From an uncultured delta proteobacterium (GTDB taxonomy: Bacteria; Desulfobacterota; Desulfomonilia; Desulfomonilales; Desulfomonilaceae): 64,000 bases of DNA. The DNA is taken from NCBI GenBank assembly GCA_963789265.1, contig CAWBKB010000001.1, forward strand, positions 960,001 to 1,024,000, in the 5' to 3' direction. Under the pieces are notes generated by a model, which was not told the DNA's origin, ran no database searches, and saw only the letters and a list, made by a program, of their open reading frames with translations. This document shows, piece after piece, positions 10,899-21,482 of the stretch. How positions within the stretch are numbered: position 1 is the stretch's first letter; every line of letters starts with the position of its first letter. The position numbers and the translations under genes were made by a program.

Positions 10899-12803
10899 TT
10901 AGAGCATCTTGTCGTTGATCGAAACCTTGGAGTTATCTTCGAAAAGCCGCATCCATCCCTTCAGAAACTCTGTCTTCCGAACTTCGACCACCCATCTTTT
11001 CAGTTCTTCAGATTCCTTCGAATACTTCTCCTCGCTTGCCTTTTTCACCCCTACGAGTCGGACAATCGCCGCCCCCTCGGGAGTTGGAACGGGAGCCTCA
11101 AATATAGGGGTAGCCGTGGACAATGTAGTCAGCATCTCGTTTACTTCAGGGGAGCTTCCAAGTTTTGGGATGAAGCCGCCGGTACGAGACACAGGATCGA
11201 GCTTCTCCCACGTCAGTCCGTCCTTTTTTGCCACCGCTTCAGGATCGTTAGGCTCCTTTTTCAATGCCTCGATAACTACTTCCGCCTTCTTGCGGGCCTC
11301 CAGCATGGCCTGCTGCTTGAGGTAATCTTTCTCAACCGCGCTTCGAACCTCATCCAATGTAGGCAAGTGCTCTTTAGTCCTTTTAAGGAGCTTCATAAGC
11401 ACATAATCATCCCCGACTTTCAAAAGTTTGGAGATGTCCCCGGTTTTCAATTGAAAGGCTTCATCCATTACCTTGGGATCACTGCCCAAATTCGGGATTC
11501 CTTCAGCCTTGGTTACAGAATCCGCTTGCTTGACCGGAAGGTTGAACTCCTTTGCAGGTCCCTGGATGTCTTCGGCCCGGTAGACCTTTTCATAGTACGC
11601 CCCAGAGATGGCCTTTGCTTTTTTGCGAGCCTTCACTTCGAGCAGCTTTGCAACGATCTTGTCCTTGACTGCTGCAAAACTTAGTTCTTTTTCAGGCTTC
11701 TTCTCCTCAACCTTTATCAGGTCATAGCCCTGCCCGGTAAAGATCGGCTTTGAGACCTCACCAACTTTGAGCTTAAAAGCCGCCGCGCCCACTGCCCGAT
11801 TCAGACTGCCACGTGTAAAGAAACCCAGATCGCCCCCTTTAGCGGCAGTGGCCTCATCCTGTGACTCGCTCTGGGCTAATTTCGCGAAGTCTTCTCCCGC
11901 CTTGATCTTGGCCAAAATTTCTTCGGCCTTCTTGTGTATTTCCTCACGCGCTTTTTTGTCGGCCCCCGGAGGAATCTTCAAGAGAATATGTCTGGCACGA
12001 ACTTTCTCAGGTTCCGTGAATTCTTTCGGATGGTTGTGAAAGTACGCCTGGGCTTCCTCATCTGAAACGGATAAGCTCTTCTGAAAGTCGCGCCAGGAGA
12101 AGGCAACGTACTGGAGATTCAGAGAGGCCGGAATCTCGTACTTCGATTGGTGATCTTTGAAGTATGCCTCTAGATCTTTGGTGTCAGGTGGCTTTTTTTC
12201 ACTAGATTCGTTGGCCTTGACGAGGAGTACGGACAGGAGAAGCTTGTCATTTTGAAAGTGCCATAGCTGCTTTATCTCTTTGGGATCTGCCGTTACTGCG
12301 TCGCTCAACAGGCGGACGACTTGCTGTTCGAGTAGTTCTTGCTTGCGCAAGGATTCGTAATCGGACGGGTTTTGTTTGATAGACCTCAGATAGTTTCTAT
12401 AGAGGCCGACATCGAAAACTCCATCCCTTTGGAAAAGGGGATTGGACCTAATGTCCTGCACAACGTCTCGGTCGGTTACCACAAGACCCAGGCGGCCGGC
12501 CTCCTGGATCAGGAGCACCCGGTCCACAAGACCTTGGAGCACCTTCTTCTTCAAATTCAGCTTCTGCAGGAGGTCCGGGGGCAGTGAGCCTTTGTACCTG
12601 AGCCTGATCTTTTCCATTTCGTTTTCGTACACGTTATAGAAGTGATCGTAAGTGATGACCGTTCCGTTGATCTTTGCAACATAGTTGCCCGATCTTCCTC
12701 CGGGTCCCGACCAGCCGTACCAGAAGATAAACGTTATAATGATGCCGCCCAGGGCTACTTTAATGAGCCAGGAGCGAGCATGTTTTCTCATCAGATCGAG
12801 CAC
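10899..12803 (-). CDS. ppiD: PpiD/SurA-family periplasmic peptidyl-prolyl isomerase/chaperone
   Basis: N-terminal TM anchor, SurA-N region, parvulin domain (VRARHILLK...FAKLAQSESQD...GGDLGF). Confidence 0.88.
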   Translation of the reverse strand: MLDLMRKHARSWLIKVALGGIIITFIFWYGWSGPGGRSGNYVAKINGTVITYDHFYNVYENEMEKIRLRYKGSLPPDLLQKLNLKKKVLQGLVDRVLLIQEAGRLGLVVTDRDVVQDIRSNPLFQRDGVFDVGLYRNYLRSIKQNPSDYESLRKQELLEQQVVRLLSDAVTADPKEIKQLWHFQNDKLLLSVLLVKANESSEKKPPDTKDLEAYFKDHQSKYEIPASLNLQYVAFSWRDFQKSLSVSDEEAQAYFHNHPKEFTEPEKVRARHILLKIPPGADKKAREEIHKKAEEILAKIKAGEDFAKLAQSESQDEATAAKGGDLGFFTRGSLNRAVGAAAFKLKVGEVSKPIFTGQGYDLIKVEEKKPEKELSFAAVKDKIVAKLLEVKARKKAKAISGAYYEKVYRAEDIQGPAKEFNLPVKQADSVTKAEGIPNLGSDPKVMDEAFQLKTGDISKLLKVGDDYVLMKLLKRTKEHLPTLDEVRSAVEKDYLKQQAMLEARKKAEVVIEALKKEPNDPEAVAKKDGLTWEKLDPVSRTGGFIPKLGSSPEVNEMLTTLSTATPIFEAPVPTPEGAAIVRLVGVKKASEEKYSKESEELKRWVVEVRKTEFLKGWMRLFEDNSKVSINDKML

Positions 12804-12972
12804 GAGCCTCTCCTTTCCCGTAATCAGGGGATCGAGTGGATGATAAGAGTACCAAGTTTTCTTGTCAATGAGCCGGGGCCGGAAAAATCAGCACTTGATC
12901 ATATCATCGCCTTCTGTTAGATTTCGCCAAAATTTCTCATAAGTAAGACCTTCATGCCGGAACAAGTGCCCC

Positions 12973-14013
12973 ATGTTGTTTGACGCGCTCACAGGAGTCT
13001 TCTCCAATGATATGGCAGTCGATTTGGGGACAGCCAACACTCTTGTATACGTGCGGGGAAGGGGGGTTATCCTATCCGAACCTTCCGTAGTAGCCGTGAA
13101 GACCGACCTGAGACGCGGTCCCCGAATAGTTGCGGTCGGAACAGACGCGAAAAAGATGCTGGGGCGGACACCGGACAACATAAGGGCAATACGTCCCATG
13201 AAGGACGGGGTTATAGCGGATTTTGAAGTCACCGAAGCAATGCTGAAACATTTTATTTTCAAAATCCACCGCCGTCGTCATCTGGTCAAGCCGAGAATCG
13301 TGGTGTGTATACCGTCCGGTATAACCCAGGTTGAAATGCGAGCAGTCAGAGATGCAGCAAAAAGTGCCGGCGCCCGGGAGGTCTTCCTCGTCGAGGAGCC
13401 TATAGCCGCAGCCATAGGGGCTAACCTTCCCATAACCGAACCGACAAGCAGCATGATTGTCGACATCGGTGGAGGAACAACCGAGGTGGCGATCATATCC
13501 ATGTCCGACATCGTATATTCGAAATCATTGCGGGTTGCCGGCGACAAGATCGACAGTACCATCATACGGTACATCAAGCAGAAGTACAGCCTACTTATTG
13601 GCGAGAGGACCGCTGAGATGATAAAGATGATGATCGGGACGGCCTGCTTTATCAATGAAAAAGACGAAGAGATCATTGAGGTCAAAGGCCGTGACCTCAT
13701 AGCAGGCATTCCCAAAATTATTGGTCTGCGGGCGAGTGAGGTGACCGAAGCAATATCGGAACCGGTCCGAGCCATTGTCGAAACCGTTAAGACAGCATTG
13801 GAACAGACCCCGCCGGAGCTGGCTGCTGATATAGTGGATAATGGTATCGTCCTCACCGGCGGTGGCTCCCTTCTGAAGAATCTGGACGAGCTGATCCGTC
13901 GCGAAACCGGCTTACCGGTTATCGTCGCGGACGATCCACTGTCGACTGTTGTTATAGGCTCAGGGTTGGTATTCGAGCATTTCGACCTTCTCAAAGAAGT
14001 TTTGGTCAAGTAA
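12973..14013 (+). CDS. mreB: Rod shape-determining actin-like protein MreB
   Basis: DLGTANT, RPMKDGVIADF, VDIGGGTTEVA, LTGGGSLL. Confidence 0.97.
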   Translation: MLFDALTGVFSNDMAVDLGTANTLVYVRGRGVILSEPSVVAVKTDLRRGPRIVAVGTDAKKMLGRTPDNIRAIRPMKDGVIADFEVTEAMLKHFIFKIHRRRHLVKPRIVVCIPSGITQVEMRAVRDAAKSAGAREVFLVEEPIAAAIGANLPITEPTSSMIVDIGGGTTEVAIISMSDIVYSKSLRVAGDKIDSTIIRYIKQKYSLLIGERTAEMIKMMIGTACFINEKDEEIIEVKGRDLIAGIPKIIGLRASEVTEAISEPVRAIVETVKTALEQTPPELAADIVDNGIVLTGGGSLLKNLDELIRRETGLPVIVADDPLSTVVIGSGLVFEHFDLLKEVLVK

Positions 14014-14189
14014 TCGTGTCTTGCAGGAAAAGTATTTGCTGCCCCGGCATCGTAAGCGCAAACCGCGAGGGCGGGCCCGATAAGCATGTGCTCTCACCCA
14101 AATTTGACGATTCGTCCACATCTCGCAAGAATCGACCTCAGCGCGATTTTCCGCTCTATTTTGATTAACGGGATTGAATTCTATTCGCC

Positions 14190-15035
14190 ATGCCCCGATC
14201 CATTCGCGACATTGCCATTGTCTTAATCCTCATAGGAGCTGCTCTTCTAGTTCTGTTCTCTTATTCCAAGACATCCGAAGGCGGACCGTTTTGTGGGGTA
14301 ATTTATACCACCTTGCGCCCTTTTCAGCAGGCAGTCACTACTATCCACAACAGGGTAAGGAGCGTCTGGGAGTCTTATGTTATCCTGATAAACGTGCGCG
14401 CTGAAAATGATGCTCTGAAGAAAGAAATTAGGGGATTGAAAAGCGATAAAGCGATCTTGTCGGACATGGAGAGCGAAAACAAGCGACTCAAGAAGTTGTT
14501 GGGGCTCAAGGCAAGCCATGAATTCCCGTCCGTTGCAGCTCAGGTGATCGGCGAAGACGCGTCGGGATGGTATCGGACGTTGTTAATTAATAGAGGCTCA
14601 GAAGACGGGGTGCATCCGTACATGCCAGTCACGGTGGCCGAAGGAGTGGTGGGGCGAGTGGACGGTTGCTCGAGCGACATGGCCAGAGTGCTGTTGTTGA
14701 CCGACCCGAATCATTCTGTGGATTGTCGGGTCGCTCGGACGCGCGATCGAGGGGTCCTGACCGGATCTCTGGAACGAGGCTGCGTCCTGAGATTCATAAA
14801 CCTGAGATCCGGGATTCAGCCGGGGGATGAGGTGATTACATCGGGGCTGGACGGAATTTTTCCTCGAGGTTTGCCCGTCGGTAAGGTGGAAACGATACAG
14901 AAGGGGTATCAAGGTCTTTACTGGAAGGCGCGGGTAAAACCCGCTGTGGACTTTTCGGAGATTGAGGAAGTCCTTGTTGTCCTGCGGCAACAGGGAGGAT
15001 TTGACATCCGGCCGGGTTTGGAGGATAAAAATTGA
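14190..15035 (+). CDS. mreC: Rod shape-determining protein MreC
   Basis: TM + coiled coil + INRGSEDGV, VITSGLDGIFPRGLPVG; follows mreB. Confidence 0.95.
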   Translation: MPRSIRDIAIVLILIGAALLVLFSYSKTSEGGPFCGVIYTTLRPFQQAVTTIHNRVRSVWESYVILINVRAENDALKKEIRGLKSDKAILSDMESENKRLKKLLGLKASHEFPSVAAQVIGEDASGWYRTLLINRGSEDGVHPYMPVTVAEGVVGRVDGCSSDMARVLLLTDPNHSVDCRVARTRDRGVLTGSLERGCVLRFINLRSGIQPGDEVITSGLDGIFPRGLPVGKVETIQKGYQGLYWKARVKPAVDFSEIEEVLVVLRQQGGFDIRPGLEDKN

Positions 15036-15532
15036 GAGAACTTATGTTTATCCTTCTCTTCGGAATGGCGGCACTTGTGCTGCAAGTCACCTCCTGGGCA
15101 TTTCTAATTCCTGGAGCTTACAAGCCGGACCTCATTATGATTTTGGTTCTTTGGGCGAGCCTGAGAATGAGTTTCGTCATAGGCGTAGGCTTCGCATATA
15201 CAGGAGGAATGGCCGTCGATCTTCTTTCAGGTTCTCCCGTGGGCCTCTTCGCCATCATCTATTGCTTGCTTTTCGTGGTGTGCGACTATTTAAACTCCAA
15301 CTTCCGTATGGACGACCTGCAGGGTCGCGCCGTAACAGTCTTTGGATCGACGCTAATAGCTGCCTTCATAGTGCTCTGCGTACGGCGCTTGGCAGGCCCT
15401 GTTGAAGTGGGTCGGCACCTGTGCCAGTGGGTTGTGCTGAAATCAATGATTGCAGCAACGGCGTCTCTGCCGATCTTTGCTCTGGTTGATCGTGCGTGGA
15501 CTGCTTATTCGCGTCTTGCGAGAGTGCCTTGA
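15032..15532 (+). CDS. mreD: Rod shape-determining protein MreD
   Basis: Hydrophobic multi-TM protein with KPDLIMIL; overlaps the mreC stop. Confidence 0.88.
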   Translation: MRELMFILLFGMAALVLQVTSWAFLIPGAYKPDLIMILVLWASLRMSFVIGVGFAYTGGMAVDLLSGSPVGLFAIIYCLLFVVCDYLNSNFRMDDLQGRAVTVFGSTLIAAFIVLCVRRLAGPVEVGRHLCQWVVLKSMIAATASLPIFALVDRAWTAYSRLARVP

Positions 15533-15736
15533 CCGGTGGTCGTCATTGGCGGCCGGCTGTGGGCGGATATGAGACCGGAGTCTCAGTGTGTCTCGAAAGG
15601 ATGAGCAGGATGCCCATAGATACATATCCGAGGGCGGGAACGGATCAAGCCCTGCGGCACGTGCTACTAATGGAGCCGAGCTGAAGAAAGATTTCCGAAT
15701 GCCTGGAAATCGCGGCCATTTTGAGGTCGAAAATAC

Positions 15737-17578
15737 ATGGCCAACTTGCCGTCACGTGACAACTCCGTCGAATACTTCGCCCCGCGTATATGGATTACAA
15801 TCGTGGTCGTGCTGGCAACGATGGGCGTTCTTGCTGCCAGACTGTGGTATCTCCAACTCATCAAAGGAGAATCTTATGCCGAGATGTCCCGGGGCAATCG
15901 CGTCCGACTCTTTCGCCTGCCGCCTTCGCGCGGAAGAATTTTGGACGCCACCGGCCGGGTCCTGGCGGAGAATAGACCCAGCTTCACTATTTCCATCCTG
16001 CCGGCGGAATTGGAACACTCCCGCAAGGTAATTCAAGTCTGTTCCTCGGTACTCGGGATAACCGAGGAAAAGATACGCAAATTGATCGAGCGAAGCCGCT
16101 CCATCCCCAAGTATATGACCTTTCCCATCAAAAAGAATGTAAGTCTGGAAGAAGTTTCGCTGATAAAGTCCCGTGCAGCAGATTGTAAAGAACTGGTCCT
16201 CGAAATAAAGCCTCTGAGGCTCTATCCGTTCCACGAAACCCTTTGCCACGAGATCGGCAACCTGCGGGAGGTCTCGCCGCAGGAATTGGCAAAGGGATCT
16301 CGAGTCGGGTATCGCACTGGTGACTTGATCGGCAAAACAGGAATTGAAAAGGAATACGAGACCTACCTGAAGGGGGAGGAAGGATGGGAACAGGTAGAGA
16401 TAGACGCCAAGGGGCGGCATCTTAAGTCACTGGCAACCAAGCCTCCCAAAACGGGTGCCGATGTGTACCTGACGGTGGATGCGGATTTCCAGAATTATGT
16501 TGAAAAAGTTTTCACCCGGCGAGCGGGTTCAGTGGTCGCGGTGGATCCGGACACGGGACGCGTTCTTGCCATGGTCAGCAAACCGGGCTTTGATCTGAAC
16601 CTTTTTTCCCATTCTATCACCGATCGTCAGTGGAAAACGTTGTACAGCGATCCTCTGCATCCTCTCGAAAACAGATCCATCAGGGGGCTTTATTCTCCAG
16701 CCAGTACATTCAAGATTGTGACGGCCTTAGCGGCTGTTTCTGTGGGAATGGTCACTCCGAAAGAGACATTCGTTTGCAAGGGAAAACTCGAGCTGGGGGG
16801 AGAAATATTTCGATGCTGGAACGAGTACGGTCATGGCAAGGTACAATTTCACAAGGCTATCGTTGAATCGTGCGACATTTACTTTTATCAGGTTGGTCTC
16901 AGGTTGGGCCCCGAGCGAATAGCACGCTACGCTTCTCTTCTGGGGTTGGGTACTCCTACGGGTATCAGTCTCCCGCAGGAACTGCCGGGGCTTATCCCCA
17001 CGCCCGCGTGGAAACTGCGCACATACGGAGATTCCTGGAAAGACGGCGAAACGCTTAACATTGCCATCGGCCAGGGCTATCTTTGCTCGACTCCCCTTCA
17101 GCTTGCCATGATGACCGCTGCTGTAGCCAACGGAGGCAAGATTCTCAGACCGGCTATAGTACAGCGAATAGTTGCTCCGGATGGCCATGTTATCTTTGGA
17201 CATTCCCCGGTAGTTCGGTGGACCCTCCCTGTGAAACAGGGAGAGCTCGACGAATTGCGTTCGGCACTTACCGATGTGGTCGCGGATAAAAAGGGAACCG
17301 GCCGGAGGTGTCGCATACCGGGCATCACGATCAGCGCCAAGACCGGAACGTCACAGGTTATACGGGTCAAACAAAGGGCCAAAGAAGATGATCAGATTCC
17401 ATATCACGAGCGGACCCACGCCATGTTCGTGGCCTATGTGAATAACAGGCCGAAAAAAATTGCCCTGGCCGTCATTGTGGAGCATGGAGGAGGCGGAGGA
17501 GCCAGTGCTGCACCTATTGCCCGAAAAATCATCGCCCGTTATTATGGTTTAGCCGATCCCGGCGATCCACGCGAGTAA
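15737..17578 (+). CDS. mrdA: Penicillin-binding protein 2
   Basis: Dimerisation domain (PSRGRILD) and transpeptidase motifs STFK, SCD, KTGT. Confidence 0.95.
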   Translation: MANLPSRDNSVEYFAPRIWITIVVVLATMGVLAARLWYLQLIKGESYAEMSRGNRVRLFRLPPSRGRILDATGRVLAENRPSFTISILPAELEHSRKVIQVCSSVLGITEEKIRKLIERSRSIPKYMTFPIKKNVSLEEVSLIKSRAADCKELVLEIKPLRLYPFHETLCHEIGNLREVSPQELAKGSRVGYRTGDLIGKTGIEKEYETYLKGEEGWEQVEIDAKGRHLKSLATKPPKTGADVYLTVDADFQNYVEKVFTRRAGSVVAVDPDTGRVLAMVSKPGFDLNLFSHSITDRQWKTLYSDPLHPLENRSIRGLYSPASTFKIVTALAAVSVGMVTPKETFVCKGKLELGGEIFRCWNEYGHGKVQFHKAIVESCDIYFYQVGLRLGPERIARYASLLGLGTPTGISLPQELPGLIPTPAWKLRTYGDSWKDGETLNIAIGQGYLCSTPLQLAMMTAAVANGGKILRPAIVQRIVAPDGHVIFGHSPVVRWTLPVKQGELDELRSALTDVVADKKGTGRRCRIPGITISAKTGTSQVIRVKQRAKEDDQIPYHERTHAMFVAYVNNRPKKIALAVIVEHGGGGGASAAPIARKIIARYYGLADPGDPRE

Positions 17579-17597
17579 TGGGGGCCTATTTCCAAAT

Positions 17598-18725
17598 ATG
17601 ACTTCGCTCCAATTCAAACTAAGCCGACGTCCTTTGGCCCTCTTTGATTGGCCGTTGATGTTGATTGCTCTCGCGTTGTCGGGGATAGGACTATGTCTCA
17701 TCTTCAGTGCGACAGCTCAGATGGGTGAGGGGGGACGCTACTTCGTCATCAAGCAGATGACATGGTGCAGTCTTGGCCTGGTCTTGCTGGCCCTATTCCT
17801 GCTCTTTGACTATAGGCTGTTGGAACAGTGGGCGCTCTGGCTCTATCTGATTATTGTGGTGGCCCTTATTGGAGTGTGGGTGCTCGGCAAGGCCACGGCA
17901 GGGTCAAGGAGGTGGATAGAACTTGGGCTGCTGAGGTTTCAGCCGTCGGAGTTTGCGAAGCTGGTGGTGGTAATCGTTCTCGCCAAATACTTCCACAGCC
18001 GAGCCGGGAAGGAGGATCCGCAGTTCACGGATCTGCTCTATCCCGTTCTGCTGCTGGCTGTCCCTGTGCTCCTTGTTCTCATTCAACCCGATCTGGGGAC
18101 CGCGGCCGTGATGGTTCTTATCGCCCTATCAATGACTCTCTTTGCCGGGGTTGGGCGGCGAGCGCTGTTGTGGGTGGCCGGGGTCACGATATGTGTGATC
18201 CCTGTCCTGCTGCTAGCCGGGGACCGGTTTCTCATGGAATATCAGAAGAAGAGGCTTATCACGTTTTTGAATCCTAACTACGATCCTCTTGGCGCAGGCT
18301 ATCACATAATTCAGTCGCAGATTGCTATCGGCTCAGGGGGCATTTGGGGCCAAGGACTTCTCAAAGGGACCCAGAATCAACTGATGTTCCTGCCTGTGAA
18401 GCACACTGACTTCATTTTCTCGATCTTGGCCGAGGAATGGGGCTTCGTGGGTTGCGCCCTGGTGCTGCTGCTCTTTACCGCTCTATTTCTCAGGGGATTT
18501 TCGGCGGCAGGTAAAGCGCGTGACAATTTCGGGGCTCTTCTTGCCTTCGGCTGCACTATGGTCCTCTTTTGGCACGTAGTGATAAATGTCGGAATGGTGA
18601 CCGGCTTGTTGCCCGTGGTGGGGGTACTTCTGAGCTTTTTGAGCTACGGCGGCTCTTCGCTTCTGGTCTCGTTCCTATCCGTGGCTGTTCTGATCAGCGT
18701 GAGAATGCGGCGCTTTTCCTATTAG
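17598..18725 (+). CDS. rodA: SEDS glycosyltransferase RodA
   Basis: RRWI, FQPSEFAK, QPDLGTA, GYHIIQS, HTDFIFS.LAEEWG, SYGGSS. Confidence 0.95.
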   Translation: MTSLQFKLSRRPLALFDWPLMLIALALSGIGLCLIFSATAQMGEGGRYFVIKQMTWCSLGLVLLALFLLFDYRLLEQWALWLYLIIVVALIGVWVLGKATAGSRRWIELGLLRFQPSEFAKLVVVIVLAKYFHSRAGKEDPQFTDLLYPVLLLAVPVLLVLIQPDLGTAAVMVLIALSMTLFAGVGRRALLWVAGVTICVIPVLLLAGDRFLMEYQKKRLITFLNPNYDPLGAGYHIIQSQIAIGSGGIWGQGLLKGTQNQLMFLPVKHTDFIFSILAEEWGFVGCALVLLLFTALFLRGFSAAGKARDNFGALLAFGCTMVLFWHVVINVGMVTGLLPVVGVLLSFLSYGGSSLLVSFLSVAVLISVRMRRFSY

Positions 18726-18874
18726 AGAATAGCTGCCCCGCGGGGCGGCCTCGACTATGATAGTGAAATAAAAGTAGGTTGCAGGCAGGGACGCGAGGCA
18801 TGGATTCCCACGCGGTGCCCGGGAGCGCGAACTTGACCGACTTCCGTGGCACGATTCCGGGCATCAAAATTTTA

Positions 18875-19093
18875 GTAATCATTCACCGCGGAGATCGCAG
18901 AGATCGCGAAGGGTTCTGTTTTCTGTGCCATTCTCCCAGGTGAGGCGCAATGGATTCCGGTCTCTGGCACTGAAGGTGCTACCGGCCTGACTGAGTAGCC
19001 CCGCAACTTATGTGGGCTTGCGGAAGGCCATTTTTTCTCTCTGCGTTCTCGGCGCACTCTGCGGTGAATCCTAATTGCCCGCTGAACGGTTAC
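18875..19093. mobile_element. MITE-like element, same TIR family as 1987-2314, 8-bp TSD
   Basis: Left GTAATCATTCA (18875-18885), right TGAACGGTTAC (19083-19093); AAATTTTA duplicated at 18867-18874 and 19094-19101; subterminal CACCGCRGAG inverted repeats. Confidence 0.8.
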
Positions 19094-19265
19094 AAATTTT
19101 ATTCAGACCGCCTCCTCCATGTGCCACTACCTCATGCACACACCAGGTCCCGCGGGACACCCTTCCAGAAGTGCCAAGCTTGCCGCTTTGAAGGTCGGTC
19201 CGTACAATACAACTCATTTGGTAGGGCATTACTTCAAAAATACCCGAGAAACTCTTTGAAGCGGC

Positions 19266-19991
19266 TCAGTTTGTCGGCGCGGCACCTTGAGCGTCCGAGA
19301 TTTTCAGCAGGCTCTCGGTCATCTTCCTTATGTGTCCGTTGACATTCTTCACGGAGTCCAAAATGTCCAGATAAAGTGACGACGCTTTAGGAGAACAGAC
19401 TCCTCCGATCAACCTGTCCTCGTGGGCCAGAGCAAAATCCACTGTCATCTGACCCAATTTGCCCTGCTTGGCAAGCAAGTCGTCAGCAAGTGTGCGGTTG
19501 GGTGTCATCACGAGGTCTCCGAAGTCGGTGAGAATATTCGTCAGAAGGTCGAATAGTTGCTCCAGTTCGGCAAGGGCCTTGTCGCTGAACGGGATACCGT
19601 CGCGAGCCTTAGTCCTGACGACATTTATTATGCTTTCCAGGAGGTCTCCCGCTCGCTCCAGACGGCCTGGAAAGAGTACCACCGTCTTCAGGATGTCTCC
19701 CGCCGTGGCAGGCGAGCAAACGAGGTCCCCGGTAAGGCCTTTTTCTTCCTGATGGATCTCTAGGGCCAGACGTTCGCATTTGTCAATTTTCACCGGATCG
19801 GCAATGATCAGAGACTTGTAAATCAAACCCGCCATCTCGGCGAGCTTACTGATCATGATCAGCAGACCCTCTTCCAAACACGTGACCTCAGCAGGAGGGG
19901 ACTCGTAAATTTCAGCAAGCCGGGAAGCTTCAGCATCGAGCTTAGGGCTGATTATGCGGAAGGGGTTGAAGAAAACCTGTTTCTCCTTCAT
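19266..19991 (-). CDS. PhoU-domain protein (resembles the Na/Pi-cotransporter C-terminal domain)
   Basis: Helical repeats with LERAGDLLE, IPFSDKA..EL, HEDRLI.G.C...ASSLYLDIL. Confidence 0.75.
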   Translation of the reverse strand: MKEKQVFFNPFRIISPKLDAEASRLAEIYESPPAEVTCLEEGLLIMISKLAEMAGLIYKSLIIADPVKIDKCERLALEIHQEEKGLTGDLVCSPATAGDILKTVVLFPGRLERAGDLLESIINVVRTKARDGIPFSDKALAELEQLFDLLTNILTDFGDLVMTPNRTLADDLLAKQGKLGQMTVDFALAHEDRLIGGVCSPKASSLYLDILDSVKNVNGHIRKMTESLLKISDAQGAAPTN

Positions 19992-20194
19992 CTGGAACGA
20001 CCTCCTTTAGGTTGCGTCTTCCTCCGGTCAAATTGAGCGAAGAGTCGCACCTGATGTTATCTACCTGTCCAAGATAGACAACAACATCCTCCTTTTGGTC
20101 CTTGGGATTTAAGTTCGACTCTTGAATCTAAAAGCTGTATTTTTACCATATTTGTATATTCTTGGACAGCGAAAAGATAAAGCATCCGCAATCC

Positions 20195-20445
20195 CTCACT
20201 TACGGGCGGCAAGAGATTGTCATTGCGAGCGGAGCGAAGCAATCTCATTGGTGGGACCGCCCCACGGGGAACGCGGGATTGCCGGTCATCCGTTGCCGCG
20301 GACTTGAATCGGCGCATGTGGGGGCGGACCGGCGTGTCCGCCCAGGGCAGACACATAGGTCTGCCCCTACGGTGGATTCCCGCGTCCCGCGGGATTTCAC
20401 TCCTCGCAATGACAGGAGCCCGAAGATTGCCCGCGGAAGTGAAGG
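20195..20445. repeat. Nested intergenic repeat cluster (CACTTACG ends, GTCATTGCGAG/GCAATC pair, GTAGGGGC-type REP pair, mini-hairpins)
   Basis: Same outer architecture as 60925-61290; internal palindromes read directly from the sequence. Confidence 0.75.
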
Positions 20446-20675
20446 ATTACAAGCGGATTTGTTGCCCAGAATCATCGGTCTACGTAGGGGGATGCAACGA
20501 TCTTGGTTGACGACGCGGGTGCGGACGATAAATCGCCCGGCCACTTGCTGTCGCCACTCGGAGGCTCCCTGGCCGGGCACGGCAAACAATCGGGTCGAAA
20601 ATCACAAACACGGGGCTCGTTTACGTCTTGAATTGATCTATAATGTTTGACGGCAGGTCCTGAAAGGAAGACAGC

Positions 20676-21482
20676 ATGGAACCATACTCGAAGTTGGCGG
20701 CAGAAACTCTGGGCCGGATTCGTTGCTACAAACCGGTGGTTCACAGCATTACCAATTATGTGGTGATGAACTCCACCGCAAACGTGCTCCTGGCGATGGG
20801 CGCGTCTCCGATAATGGCTCATGCTCCGGAAGAAATTGAAGACATTATGCTTATCTCAAATTCGATGGTCATCAACATCGGGACTCTATCCAAGCATTGG
20901 ATCGAATCCATGACGCTTGCAGCACGCATGGCAAAGGTTGCAAGAAAGCCCTTTGTGCTGGACCCGGTAGGTGCCGGCGCGACGAACCTTCGCACTCAAA
21001 CCGCTTGCAACATCATCAACACGTCTGTTCCAACGGTCATACGAGGAAATGCATCGGAAATATTAGCGCTGTCGCCACAAGGAGGGATTACGAGGGGAGT
21101 GGATTCGGTTCACAGTGTGGAAGACGCGCTCGATGCGGCAAAGACCATAGCCCGCTCGCTCGGCACGGTCATCGCGGTTACAGGGGAAAAAGACTTGGTG
21201 ACCGATGGCGAGAACTCGCTGATTGTCACCGGCGGCCACTGCCTCATGAGTTTTGTGACCGGGACCGGATGCGCTGCCAGCGTGATAGTGGGCGCGTTCC
21301 TCGCGGAAGAAAGCAATCCCATCGTTGCGGCAGCTTCGGCCCTTGCCTTTTTCGGACTGGCAGGCGAAAAGGCCGCGGCTGAAGCTCCGACTCCCGGAAG
21401 CTTCTGGGTGAAAATGCTGGACGCTTTGTACACCATAACGCCCGAAGAACTCGAAGCAGAAGCCAGGATCAGCCGAATATGA
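20676..21482 (+). CDS. thiM: Hydroxyethylthiazole kinase
   Basis: PVVHSITNYV, GASPIMA, INIGTL, VLDPVGAGA, IRGNASEI, VTGTGC. Confidence 0.95.
   Translation: MEPYSKLAAETLGRIRCYKPVVHSITNYVVMNSTANVLLAMGASPIMAHAPEEIEDIMLISNSMVINIGTLSKHWIESMTLAARMAKVARKPFVLDPVGAGATNLRTQTACNIINTSVPTVIRGNASEILALSPQGGITRGVDSVHSVEDALDAAKTIARSLGTVIAVTGEKDLVTDGENSLIVTGGHCLMSFVTGTGCAASVIVGAFLAEESNPIVAAASALAFFGLAGEKAAAEAPTPGSFWVKMLDALYTITPEELEAEARISRI

Noticed and set aside
20057..20650. Overlapping ORFs in repeat-rich spacers (also 1425-2420, 22082-22830, 44250-44600, 52257-52770, 61026-61238)
   Set aside because: They are translations of GC-rich palindromic repeats; the same pseudo-peptides (VGQASCL, PDFDPGS) recur wherever the repeat occurs.
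20450..20675. TPP riboswitch upstream of thiM-thiE
   Set aside because: No CTGAGA or AACCTGA..TAATG..GCGTAGG core is visible in the leader.
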